Made by a program: the position numbers and the translations under genes. A model generated the notes under the pieces. The model had not been told where the DNA came from and made no database searches. It saw nothing but the letters and a program-made list of their open reading frames with translations. A stretch of 64,000 bases of DNA from Eledone cirrhosa (lineage: Eukaryota): positions 68,944,001-69,008,000 of the forward strand of contig OZ024745.1 of the NCBI GenBank assembly GCA_964016885.1, given 5' to 3'. Below are positions 12,156 through 24,750 of the stretch, piece by piece; position 1 is the first letter of the stretch, and each line of letters starts with the position of its first letter.

Positions 12156-15100
12156 AAGGCAAATGTAACCTTTGCAGGATTTGAACTTAGAATACAGAGA
12201 TCCAGAGCAAATATTATGGAGTATTTTATCTAATATTCTAAAGGATCTGACAACTTACCAACTTACACATTGAATGACAAAGTAATAAATAGCAATATTT
12301 TACCAAATTCTTGTCATTGACAACACTGCTAATATGTGTTAGTATACAAACTACTACTTCATAGTGTAGACCAATTAAACAGGTAAATCATCATCATTAT
12401 TTACCCTCTGTTGTTCTATGCAGCATGGATTGGCTGTTTTATTGTGGTGTGAGACTAGATGGGCCAGAGTACCATATCTTACATGGTTTCAGTGGCTAGA
12501 GGTCATTAATATCAACCACTTTACAGAGTTTTGTGGGTTCATTTTATTATGACACAAGCACTACTACTTTATAGAATGTATTGGGTGCATCTTATCATGG
12601 CAACAACCTGACCAATTCATAAACTATACTGGGTGAATTTTATTATGGCATTAGTATGACTACTTTACAGAGAGTACAGAGTGTAAAATTTAACCTAACA
12701 AAATAGAATTTTCCTAGAAAGGACTTTTCCTGAAACAGAATTTTGCAAATAAATTTCTTTATATAGATTAATGGTTTTAGAAATCTGACTTTATATTCTA
12801 ACAAACATAGGAATTTCTGAAAATCAAATATTTATAGAATCATATATCTTACAGTTAGATATTGTTTAATGTGCAAGTATTTCCTAATCTCTTACATGAT
12901 AAACTAAATAGACAAATTTCCTTATTATGACACAACCATCTCATCTCAAATATCTTCCCACAAATTATGTACTTGTTATTATATATATATTAATTACTAT
13001 GTAATACATTTATATATCATCATCATCATCTTTTTGCATACATTTTCCAAAGCTTGAATATAAAATATTAGACAATTTATATATTACATTTATATATCAT
13101 CATTACATTATATAATACATTTATATATCATCATGATCATCTTTTTACCTGCATTCTTTCAAGCTTTAATATAAAATATTATAAACTTAATTTATATATA
13201 AGTTATTATTACATAACACGTTTACAACTAAAAATTATATCTCTTTATCCAAAACTCAAAGAATTTAACTATTCAGTATTGCCTGTTTTTTTTGAAAGAG
13301 AAAATAATACTGCTGTGGAATGCAATTATATGAGACAAATATCTAAAAATACTTTAAAAGCTCTGAGCAAGACGTTAAATTACATCCTATGCTTCTTTTG
13401 GCATCTTGAAACTCAGCATTTCTGGCATTTCATATGAGAAACTATACTTCCTTTGCATCATCAAGAATTACTTCATTTTCTGTGTGCAATTCTGTCAGTA
13501 GAAATCTCTAGTCAAGTTTTAAATATTGCATCTTTTTTGTAGCAACTAACTGATATTCAGTAAAGTTCCATTACACACACACAGAGGGTCAGTGCTACCA
13601 TTAATGCCAACTAGGCAGTAGCCTAGAGTACAGACCCCAGGGAGATGCATTACTGAACCTTAAAGAATCAGTTTTATATGAATTTGTATAATTCAATTAA
13701 ATATATAATAATTTCCTGTGATAAATAGATAAAAATAAGAGCAACTCAATTTAGAGTAAATATTTATGATAGGTGTACATCTATTTAAGATCAATGAAGA
13801 TTATGATTTTGGCAACAGGATTGATTGAGGTTTGTGTCCATTGATGCCTAATGATAGGCAGTAAAGTGGCAGAATAATTGAAAAGCTGGATGGAATGCTT
13901 CGCAGCATTCATTCTGGCTCTCTGCGCCCAAATCACGTTAAGGACAACTTTACCTTTCATCTTTTCAATATCAATAAAATTCCAGTTGAGTAATGGTGTC
14001 AATACCCCCTCTTTAACTCTGGAAGAAGTCAGCTGTGTTCAAGCAAGAAGTAGTATGTGACATCACCAGATTTAAAAAATGGCCAATCATGACAGCACCT
14101 TTATGGCTCCACCAAGAATTCTGGGTCCATGGCATGGATGGGATTGCCTGATGAAGCCATTCCTGGCATGGAAATAATAGCCACATATAAGTTAGACATG
14201 CAGAGCTCATATTTAGTTTCTGCTGCCTGAATTCTGTGCCCCATGCATGGATTTTGTGCCTTTGTTGATGGGAGTTAGATTAACTGAACACACACTAATT
14301 CATATATCGTCATCATCATTTTTACATCCATTTTTTTCTATACTTGCATGGATTGGACAAGTCTTTTCCAGTATAACTTCCTTCCACTTGTCATATTGCA
14401 CTATCATCTATCTGAGGTTCAGCTCTCAACAATTTTTCCCAGGTTTTCCTTAGTGTTCTCCTTTTGCAGCTACTTGAAACATCATCATCCATATACATCT
14501 CATGCCATCTGTAGCACTAAAATATTCCCTCTTGCACACAGCCCCTCTTCCCCTTATGCCCAGTTTTATAATATTCAAATATAATATTCAAATATAATGA
14601 AAGAGGATTTAAAAAGATATTTTCTTCTTACTTCAGAGGAATGGAGGGCTACGATAAATTAGGCATATTCCTCTTTACTTTATTTTAGGAATAATAAGGT
14701 AAGTGACTATTTTACATACTATATATCATTTTATACTTTCACAGGTTTCAATCATTAGATTGCAATAATGTTGGGATACTGCTTTGATTTAGTTAACCAC
14801 ATTGACCCTGGCTGCTAATATTATGACACACACAAACAGACAGAGAGAGAGACACACACACACATATATGCAGTCTATGTCTATTAAATTCTACTCATAT
14901 GGTAGTGGCTAACACAAGGTTATAGTAGAAAACATCTGCCCCAAAGAGCTGCATAGCCCAACAAACCAAAACCATGTGATTTGGGAGCAAACTCCTTAAC
15001 CACACACTAATCATTGTATATGTTGCAACTTTCTTTCTAAGAAAATATGATGTAAAAGTAGAATGCTGTTCTAATTCATATTAATTACTAAGTCAAGATT

Positions 15101-15214
15101 GATATATGTAAAAAAAGATGCAACTTATGTTAGTTCAACTTATACATGGCATATTGTTTGCCTTTTATCCTTCAGGTACTGGGAATGAAAAAAATAGATC
15201 ACTCTTAACACCCA

Positions 15215-15600
15215 GTCTCTTTTATCCTTCCTCAACACATAGCCCAGTCATCTCATTTCATTACATTTAACAACATTCATCACAACCACCATTCTTCTCA
15301 TACAATTATTTTTATCCTTTCTCAGCACATGGCTCAGTCATACCATTCTATTTCTCTTGAGAACGTTCAACACTGGCTCTATGCATCTCTCACAATTACT
15401 TTCATTGCTCAACACATGACCCAACCATCTCATTCCATTTTTCTTCACATCAACAACCACTGACACTATTCCCATCACCCAGTCATTTTCATCCCTTTTC
15501 AACACATCACCCAGCCATCTGATTTTATTTTCCTTACCAACATTTATTACTGATTCCATCCATTGTTTGGCTTCTCTCTGAGTAATGCCTCGCTTATCCA
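15215..15600 (-). repeat. Four tandem ~90-bp units derived from the RTE RW.GHVL segment
   Basis: CACAT..CCAG.CAT units start at 15236, 15326, 15413, 15503; ORF 15338-15601 reads RWLGDVLKRDENDWV...RWLGHVL. Confidence 0.75.
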
Positions 15601-16294
15601 CTGAACCAGATTTTACGAATGCCTGCTACATTATTTCGTATTTTACTGCTGTAGAAGCTAAGGTGCATTTGTTCTTGCTCAGAGATCATTGACTGAGTAC
15701 TTTAAAGAAAAGAGCTTATAGAGTCAAAGATAAATTAATATTCCATTAACCAATCATGAATAAAAGAACAAACTTATTTGGAATGGAAATTTATGAGAGG
15801 AGGAATATGTAATATAAATTTTGTTATTTTAGTTATGTGCAAATGTTGAGATAAAGTTTGAAATTCTATAATTTTGAATCCATTATAACAGTGATTGTAT
15901 ATATGTTTAATATAGCAGGTGCAGTAGAATAGAAATATGTTGTCAGTGAAACATTTTCTGAAGTTAGTTTCACTTGTAGCCATTTTAATTCACTTCCATA
16001 GCTAAAATTCCTATTGAAAGTTATCATCATGTTAGTTTTCTTTGTTTATTATGGTTCACACCTGCATAGTTTTAGCCAGACTGCTTTGAATTTGCATTTT
16101 ATAAGAAGTTTCTTGGCTACTTTAAACCTTTGGTGCCTGCCTGGCCAAATCTGGCTCTGGATTTATGAAACAAACCCAGTCATAATTTTGTATATGATCT
16201 TAGTTGTGAAATAATTAATGATTTAAGCACAGAATTACAAATTAATGAAAGATAAAACAATTATAAAATTCAGTGACCAGTTAAGAACAGAGTA

Positions 16295-16349
16295 AGTGAT
16301 TTCTGATGAGAATGCAATGACATTTGAAACTATAGTCCAGCTGATCATT
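16295..16349 (+). ncRNA. Minimal hammerhead ribozyme core (stem I degenerate)
   Basis: CTGATGA(16303-16309)-GAATG/CATTT stem II-GAAAC-TATA-GTC(16335-16337); stem III region ACTATAGT is palindromic. Confidence 0.5.
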
Positions 16350-18244
16350 ATTTTTCTATTTACAGTGATGTATAAGCAAACTTATTTACAACTGTCCAAT
16401 GTATCAACATTTTTATTAGTTAACACATGAGTGATGGCTAAAATGTGTTATGCTATAACATAAAAAACAAACACCATTGAGGTATCAGTAATATATTTAA
16501 TCAAACATGATCCTTTTCAGGACCTCTAAGGAGAAAAATATCCCCAAACTGATCTGGAAGCTTGTAACAGTGAATTCTACTAAAAGCACCTAATGGTGTG
16601 TCTTGGATAACCTGGTGGAACCCATCCTCTTCTATGTCTAAACACAGAAAAGAGGTGAGAGAGAGAGGGAGAGAGAGCAAGTGAGAGAAGCAGGATTGTT
16701 AAATAATGAGTGAAGTCACTTCCCAGGTGTCAAACAGAGTTTACACTCTTTCTTACTAATTTGTATTTTGATGTTGTTGTGAGAGAACATTTAATGTGTC
16801 ATGGACATGAAAACCTCTTTAGTGATAGAGTCACAAAATAATATGCACTTAATACATTCTGCAAAATTGTTGGGTGTTAGAAAGGGCATCCAGCCACAGA
16901 AATCATGCCAAAACAGGAATGCATGTAAGTAAGACATGGCCCCTGGCCTGTCTGGGAGGAAAGTAGCTCTGATTAAGTACTAACTTGGTCTGTGATGACC
17001 CATTCAACCCAAACTGGTATGGACAAAATAGATGTTAAATGAGTATGATGATGATGATGATGAGGTAACCATATGATTATTTTGTCTCCAGATCATTCTT
17101 TAAATTTGGAACTTTTTCTGCAGTTTTAAACAGAGGTTCTTATGAGAACCATAATATCAATATATGAAAGTTTCAATAGATACCCAGTCCTGAGGTCCTG
17201 GTGTTAGAACTTCAAAGAATGAAAAAAATGTAAGTTGACAATAAAGCAATTGTAAACACTAAATCCATCACTTTATTTGTTGCCAATCCTTCTGAATTAT
17301 GCTTAAAGCATTCTTGTACTGACTGGAAATATTTAATAGTCATTTATCTATTTCTAGATTTTTTCAGGCTCCCAACAGACTACAGAGTGAAACTTTGTAA
17401 ATGTTTCCTGCAGGCTTACAAATACAGAAGAAGGGATTGTTCAAAGCTAATAAAAACTGAATCAGTTGTCTCACCTGAAATATGACCTTTCTGATTTACT
17501 GTTAACACAATCTTGTTCACATTGATACTAAATTGATACACAATCTTGTTCAAATTGATACTTTTGATACTAAACTGACCCAAAACTACCCTGATTTCTA
17601 TGATACAAAACTGTTTTTTTTAAAAGTATTCATATTTAATTTAAACCTCTGATCAAAATGTTCTGTAAGAACCTTTAAGTTATATTCTTACATCAACTCG
17701 ATGAGAAAATTATGTTAATTCACTCTAACCATCATCATATGTTTGTTTTTCCATGCTAACATGGGTTGGAAGGGTTGTTTCAGACCAAGTCAGTACTTCT
17801 ATAGCTAGATAGCCTTCCTAACACTATTTTATCATGGCACCAGCACTAGAGATATTGAACTTTTGGAAAGACTGAAGAGTTCCCATTACCCTATATTCTT
17901 ACCATATAAGTGCCTTTTAATTATTTCAAAATGATTTGAGATTATGAGTAACATCTTTCATTACAAAAGAAAGATAACAAAAGGGTTAAACTCCTCATGA
18001 CATAACTGGAATGATTCATTAACAAGTTACCTCTCTAAATTATTAAGTACGTAACATTAAAAATACATTAAGGTTTATTAATGGGGTGGTAAAACTATAT
18101 TACACACAACAACCAGTTTCAAATTTCTTTTCAATGAAGTATAATTGGTTTTAAGGTATATATTCAATAATAGTTGATTATATCAATAACATAGGAACAT
18201 TAACTTTATTGTAAATATTAGCTAAATAGAATATAAAATGTGGT

Positions 18245-18530
18245 TAAGGAAAGAAAGACAGCTGGACAATCCAGCATAGTTACTGAAATGCTAAAACCTC
18301 CAGCACGATAATTATGACCCAGTCAAAGGCATAATAATCAAGTAGTACAGGATGGTGTCATATCCAATCCCTGGTGCAGTAGATCATTGTAAACTGCGGA
18401 CAAAGACAAAGGAGACATACAAGAAAAAGGTAACTACAGAAGCATCAAGCTGATGAAGCAGGTTATGAAAGTTACTGAAAGGGTTATAGGACAATACATT
18501 AGGAAGAGAATCCAAGGTAGATGAGATGCT
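18245..18530 (+). mobile_element. Decayed RTE RT fragment
   Basis: Translates to KGD...GNYRSIKLMKQVMKVTERVI...VDEM, matching ORF 62581-63333 (KGDALERSNYRGIKLMDQVMKVAERI). Confidence 0.8.
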
Positions 18531-18811
18531 ATGTAAACAGGAATATACTCCTTCCTATTTAGATAGTACTGCTTCAAACATTTACATATTATAACAGAAT
18601 GAATCACACCCAAGCCTCAATACAAGCATCAACCTGCAATTGCCAAACCTGCTCCTTTAAGTCTACTGAGCCAGCTTCACACTGCAAGCTGACTTCCAGA
18701 GGAACTATATCGGCCTAACGACCGATGAGTTCACGAGTAGATTTACCCAATATGTACACTCACTTCGGTGCAAGAACTCGACTACATTGTCCTATATATA
18801 TATATATATAT

Positions 18812-19016
18812 GTTGTGAGGTCACTATTTAGTGCTACTGGTAACATGTAAACCAGTACAACCTGTCGCATGGTCGGGTCGTCGGCGACTAAACTGGCAAC
18901 CCCACCAAGTTTACTTGGTGAGGAGGGTGATTTTGGACACCCTGCAGGACAAAAAACAAAACCTAACAAAGGGCGGAAGAACTCATAAGAGTCAACAGCC
19001 ATCCAAAAATCTGTAA
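18812..19016 (+). mobile_element. GC-rich insertion between TA-rich tracts, resembling an RTE 5' UTR segment
   Basis: Sharp GC/CpG shift after (TA)n 18793-18811; GGCGACTAAACTGGCAACC...GGACACCCTGCAGGAC...GAGTCAACAGCCATC resembles RTE 5' UTRs as recalled, not searched; internal hairpin ACCAAGT/ACTTGGT. Confidence 0.45.
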
Positions 19017-19068
19017 ATATGTATATACACATGTACATATGTATCTGTATGAATATGCGTGTGTATAT

Positions 19069-19798
19069 GCCTGGGGTGTCAGGGAGGGGATGTACCTCTG
19101 TAGGGAGGGCTAGCCATACCCTTTTCAGGACAACTCGTCCTGCATTGGGTCCCACCTGACAATCAGCTCTCACCTGTGGCCCCAAGAAGCTGTAGCATGC
19201 GACAGTTGCCACATCCCGGTAAACCGCCTTGGCTGGCGTGCCGAACCACGTTGAGGGTAGCTGGACGGGTCTGAAACCACGTGGTGAGTTAGATAGGGGA
19301 TGCCTGCTCCTGCATGCGAAGACTGGACCTGGTAGAGTGAGTGGAGGAGGACAACATCGTCCCAACGGTCACAAATGCGGCGACAGCAAGCGGTGTGGAG
19401 CGCTAGGGCACGGTAAGGCACTACAGACGTCGTGGCCATCCACTGCATACAAGGAAGTCCCTGGTCATGACGGTCCTCCGTACCACCGAATTCTGGCTTC
19501 TGCGGCCGAGTGAGTGAGACCGTCACTGTGCACTGGCTCTCACACTATAAACCTTTCCCGCACAGGTTTCTTCTTTAGCGTGCACTCCCAAAGCCCTGAG
19601 GTGATGGGCGAGAGGTGGAGGTAACAGGTGGAGGTAACCTCTGGGAGTTGCCAGTCTGTCTCCGGTCTCTTCCCCTGCCCCCACTGTCCCCGGACCTGCA
19701 AGTCAAGGATCGGCCTCCACAGCCACCTTCGTGCCCACAGCAGACGGGAACAACAATAAAGATGTCATCATCGTTTATGATGTACAACCAAGAAGGAT
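19069..19798 (+). mobile_element. Bipartite non-autonomous RTE-BovB-like element (5' UTR fused to last codons and 3' UTR)
   Basis: 19670-19759 encodes FPCPHCPRTCKSRIGLHSHLRAHSRREQQ* (BovB-type terminal C2H2 finger); 19080-19540 resembles BovB-like RTE 5' UTR (CTCTCACCTGTGGC...GTTGAGGGTAGC...CATCCACTGCAT); ends in (TA)n. Confidence 0.75.
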
Positions 19799-21148
19799 AT
19801 ATATATATATATATGCACCAGGCATCTATATAGTTTCTGTCTACTGAATTCACTCACAAGGTACTGGCCAGCCTGAGACTATAGTAGAAGTCAATTGCCC
19901 TAGGTGCCACACCATGGGATAAAACCAAAAACTGGTGGTTGTAAAGTGAACCTCTTAACCACATAGACATGCTTGTACAGAAAACATAAAATTAAAAATA
20001 AATGAAAAGTTTTATTGATCTTAACTAAATTCTTAAACATTTTCTTAACAACATATGTTGTGTTCTCACAGGGCTTGATCCTGTATATACTGGTGTCAAT
20101 GAAATCTAAATCTTTTCTCTATTGCTAAAGGATTTTCCCTTGCAATAAAGGCTATAATATAATATAATGGAGGTTATATAAGTTTATAAAATTATACTTT
20201 AAAAATGCCGTTTAATTCCAACACAAATTAAAATAAATTCTACTTAAAATAGATTCATTGTTAATCTTAATTCTCAACAGAATTAATTTTATTCATTGAC
20301 AACAGCCAGGAGAGAAAACAAATATGAAACTGAAATCACTTAGATAAATTATCAGTCAATATATATTTATATAAACAAATTTTCTTCATGCTTAGTTCCC
20401 TTGTTTACCATAGTTAGACACATTGAATTATCACCAATACGGCAGTAATCTCTTTATAAAAAATATTTTAACAAATGTTTTACTTGCTTCTTCAAAATCA
20501 TTATCATAAAAAAATGTCTGTTTCCCTGTTAGCAATAGTTGGACGAGTTGTCAGCAGACCATGTTGGTACTTAAACAGAGACAACGAACCCATGTATTCG
20601 CTAGGAGCCTGCATCTCCCTTACATACGTTCCCGCATTCTACTGAATTCTCAGACAAACCAGTGGCCCACATCTCACTTACATATGATCCTCTGTTCCAC
20701 TAAATGCATATTATCATGGCAGAAGCACTAGGGAGGTTGTTATGTCTTTAAGACAGCTGAATTGTCCTCCATATGTGTGTGTGAATCCATAGTAAAATTT
20801 TCTGTTTGCGTCCCATAACGTAGCAGTTTGAGAAACAAAATAAGTATTAGGTTTGATATGGTCATCCACATCCCTCCAAGGTTGCATGACTAAACCAGTA
20901 AATGAATGTAAAAACATTTTAAAATTATATTTAAAAGCAACATATAATATTAAACAGTAGATTCTTTTCACAGAACCAAGTTTAGGAAATACTGATCAAG
21001 AAAGAAGATAGGATTTGTGTTCATGATTTCCACATTAAATGTAATAAAAGACAATTCTCTTGAAAGGCTATCGTTAAAAGAAAGCTATACTGGTATTGTT
21101 GGATATTCTAACTACCAAACATTCCAAAGCAAATATGAAAATAAATAT

Positions 21149-21184
21149 CTGAAGATGATTCCAACTAGAATTGAATCTTAGGTC
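21149..21184 (+). ncRNA. Degenerate hammerhead-like motif
   Basis: CTGAAGA-T-GATTC/GAATT stem-GAAT(for GAAA)-C-TTAG-GTC; stem I not evident. Confidence 0.3.
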
Positions 21185-22089
21185 AAGCTGTTCATAATTT
21201 TCAAAAAATAATTAATTTCAACCGATCAATCATTGCAATTAGAGAACAAACAGTCAACATGGCAACATAATAAATTATCATTGTGCAAATAACGAACTGC
21301 TAAAGATGAACAGCGAAGTCTCTGGTGTGTATAACATTGTAAAGTTAGACAAAAATATAATATTTAAATGAAACAGAAAAAAAAAATGAAGCAACGAAGA
21401 AAAGGGACAGAGAGAGACACTCTGCACCAGGGGATCCGAAACTTTCTGGCGTCATCACCCACTTTCACATGGAAAATTTCAAACGCCTACCTTTATAGTA
21501 AATATTCAAAAGCATACCAAAAATAGTTGGTAAAAGTTTGTTACTGGTTCGTAAACTGACATGTTATGTTATAGTAAAAACAATCAGAAGGAGGTAACAT
21601 ACCGCTGCTGCTAATACTGTATTAAAGTACGTTTGATCATTTAAACCTGTAGCCAGTATCTGAGAGATACAGGGTTCGATTCCTCGTAGCGGCTGATTAC
21701 AGCTCCCCCACCCCCGTTTTTTAACGGCTTTCACCCTACTTTATAAGCTATTTTATAAGCTATTTTATAACCTCTTCGTACAATTGACACATTGTATTGA
21801 CACATTTTCTTAAATGGAGATATTGGGGTGTTAAAAATCGTACAAAACGCATAGTAGGAACAATATAGATATCAAAATTTTCGTTCACCAAGTTATATTG
21901 TTACTCGAGGTCTGTTTTTAATCATCCACAAATACGAGAAGATATAAATCAATACAATACAACAACTTCAAGTAGCTGATTGAGCATGCACATCGAGCTC
22001 TCAACAGGTCCCATCTTGGGATTCTCATACTTTGTCTAGCACCACCTTGTCTCCGGCTCCGGCCAATTTAATTGTGATCTCTCGGTGTT

Positions 22090-22200
22090 ATTAAGTTTAT
22101 CCCGCCGAGGTTAACTTTGCCTTTCATCCTTCCGGGGTCGATAGAATAAAGTACCAGTAATGCATTGAGTAATTGCTGGCCTTGTGCCAAAAGTAGAAAC
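22090..22200 (+). mobile_element. 5'-truncated tRNA-derived SINE (Meta-like central domain)
   Basis: CCCGCCGAGGTTAACTTTGCCTTTCATCCTTCCGGGGTCGATAGAATAAAGTACCAG...GGCCTTGTGCC. Confidence 0.85.
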
Positions 22201-24119
22201 AGTTATTAAGTTTATCCTAATTTTACTTGCAAAGTTGGTTTTCTCTTCTCTGATTTATATTCGGAAAAAAAAAAAATTATTAAGTCCGAAGAACTGTTTG
22301 AACGTTGACCTTTCTCAAAACTATAAAAAAATTCCAAAGTCTTCCTTGTTTGCGACTATATTTATATCTTATCTACGAATTTGGCACAGTTATTTATTTC
22401 CATTTAAACTTCTGTTTTTTACGTTTTTGCGTATCTTTGTTTTTATTTTTTATATGTAAATTTTATTCACAGTTCTATAAATGACATTATAAATTGTTCA
22501 CAATTCTTTCAGAATGACAATATAAATACAATTAACTATTGCAATGAATCTCACAAATATAACGCACCAAAATATATGGTCAAAGCGAGAGAATGAAGAA
22601 AAAGGGAAGAAACAAAATCAATAGAGAAGTTGCCTGGTACTCCTTGTGACGCTGTCTTTTGCTCTGGTGTTGGCTCGGTTGTTCACCCCTTCCTTTACAT
22701 TTTCTTTAATATTGCAACATTAAAAGAATATATCCTTCTGAAAGAATCGCGAGCAATTTATAATGTTATTTAAGCATTTGTAATGTTATTTATGAATATA
22801 TTAATTGTACTGTGTTTATATTTTCATTTTGAAAGAATAATAATAAATACCATCAATTCCCCACCAAGTGCGACAATCAGCCGCACATCACAAACATCAT
22901 CGGAATATTTTGAGGCAATCCAATAAGCTCGCAGCATTACCGCAGCGGATGGTGAGGCTAAGGCACTGAAACACCTGGCACCTCAGTAAGGCGAGCCGCC
23001 AACGATGACAAGAACTTTGCGTTTCTCCTTTGAATAATTTTTCTCGAGTAACATATGTTGAAATATCGATCGTCTTAATACTCAAACGAACTTCTGTTCA
23101 GTTGTCCATCGCCCACCCAACAGTTGAAATCGCTCACTGTTGGGCAATATCGTCCAAGTTGGGAAACCTTACTTTACACCCAGTTTGCATAGTGATTTGG
23201 CCCTGACAGAATGGTGAAGTGAACAGTGTGAATAAGACATTATATATAAAGTTGTGTGGTGACAGATCTTTCGTTAAATCTGTTTCTGCACAGATACGTA
23301 ATAACTGCCTAGTGCACATTTTAATACACACACACACACACATATATATGCATATCATACTTATTTATTAGACAATAAAATTTTCATAATTGAAACCTTC
23401 AGAAACAGCCAACATCTAAATGTAATCGTAAACTAACGTTAATCAATCATTTGTGTTCTACCTTAACCATTTCATGACTTTGAATTAATTTTGAAAATAA
23501 TATAAAATTGAAAAGATTTAATAAAGTAATAAACGTTTTCATTATTAACACTTTCATTTCTATATTTGTAACGAGAAATACTGCCTATGATTTTCAAATC
23601 TTTTTGAATATAAAAAAACTATTTGGTAGGTTTTTACCTTTCTCATTATTATTAACGCTTTCATAACTTTATTTCTCATGAAAAATACTGCCTGTAATTT
23701 TCAAAACCTTTTGAATATTATAAAGAATTTGGAGGTTTTAACGTTCTCATTATTAAGCTGGTCTTTTGAGCATAGTTTAACAAAAAAATTATGACTAGAG
23801 GCTTTTAGATAAATATAAATATTTTACAACATAACAAAAAGGGTTTATGCATGTATATAAAATTATAATGAAGGTTTAATTTAATTGCAAACAATTTAAA
23901 ATCGTAAGTTTTGTATGAAAATTAGGGGTGAACCTCAGGGGAATTGGTAAGACAATGAGTAAAAAGGAAGATTTATAATCAATTATTTTCTTTCTGTGCT
24001 CCATTTACTTGATCAATAAATCAATTGAAATATATAATGTTGAAAAGTAAATCACAATTGAAATATATGATGTTGAAAAGTAAATAAGGATAAACAATTG
24101 ATTTACTGAATGACCTAAT

Positions 24120-24750
24120 AATAAGGATTTTTATTTTAAGCTCAATGTCATAAATTTGGAGGAGTTTGATTAAATCGACCCCAGCACTTTATCTTATCAA
24201 ACCTAGAGAGATGAAACTCAAAGTTGACCTCGATGGCATTTGAACCCAGAATGTAAGAAGCTGAAACAAATGTCAGAAAACATTTTGTCTGACAAAATGA
24301 ACCTGCTAATCCAATGACCCCAATGACCTAATAATTGTTTCTACTTTTGGCACAATGTCAGCAAGTTGATGAGAAGGGCAAAGTCAATTAAATCGATCTC
24401 AGTGCATTATTGCTACTTTATTTTATCAACCTCATAAGGATGAAAGGCAAAGCTAACCTTAGCAGGATTTGAACTCAGAAAGTAAAATGCCATAACAATA
24501 TGCTCCTGAGCCCTACTGATACTGCCAATAAATAATAATGATTTCAAATTTATGCACAAGGCAAACCATTTTTGGAAGGGGAAAGTCGATTAAATTGACC
24601 TCAATACTTAACTGGTACTTTATTTTATTGACCTCAGAAAGATGAAATGCAAAGTTGACCTCAATAGGATTTGAACTCAATGTAAGGAGCAGAAACAAAT
24701 GTCAGAAAGCATTTTGTCTGATGCTTTAATGATTTTTGCCAATCTGATGC
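24120..24750 (-). mobile_element. Three head-to-tail Meta-like SINE copies
   Basis: Three repeats of GATGAAA..CAAAG.T.ACCT...ATTTGAAC.CA at ~24210, 24440, 24640. Confidence 0.8.

Noticed and set aside
14140-14185. Hammerhead-like CTGATGAA-GCCA/TGGC...GAAA
   Set aside because: Extra bases before GAAA and only a 2-bp stem I; too degenerate to call
18760-19853. Several 60-200 aa ORFs as host genes
   Set aside because: By-products of GC-rich RTE UTR sequence and microsatellites
21640-21725. tRNA gene (GGTTCGATTCC followed by a T run)
   Set aside because: T-arm-like motif only; no acceptor stem, D arm or A box could be folded
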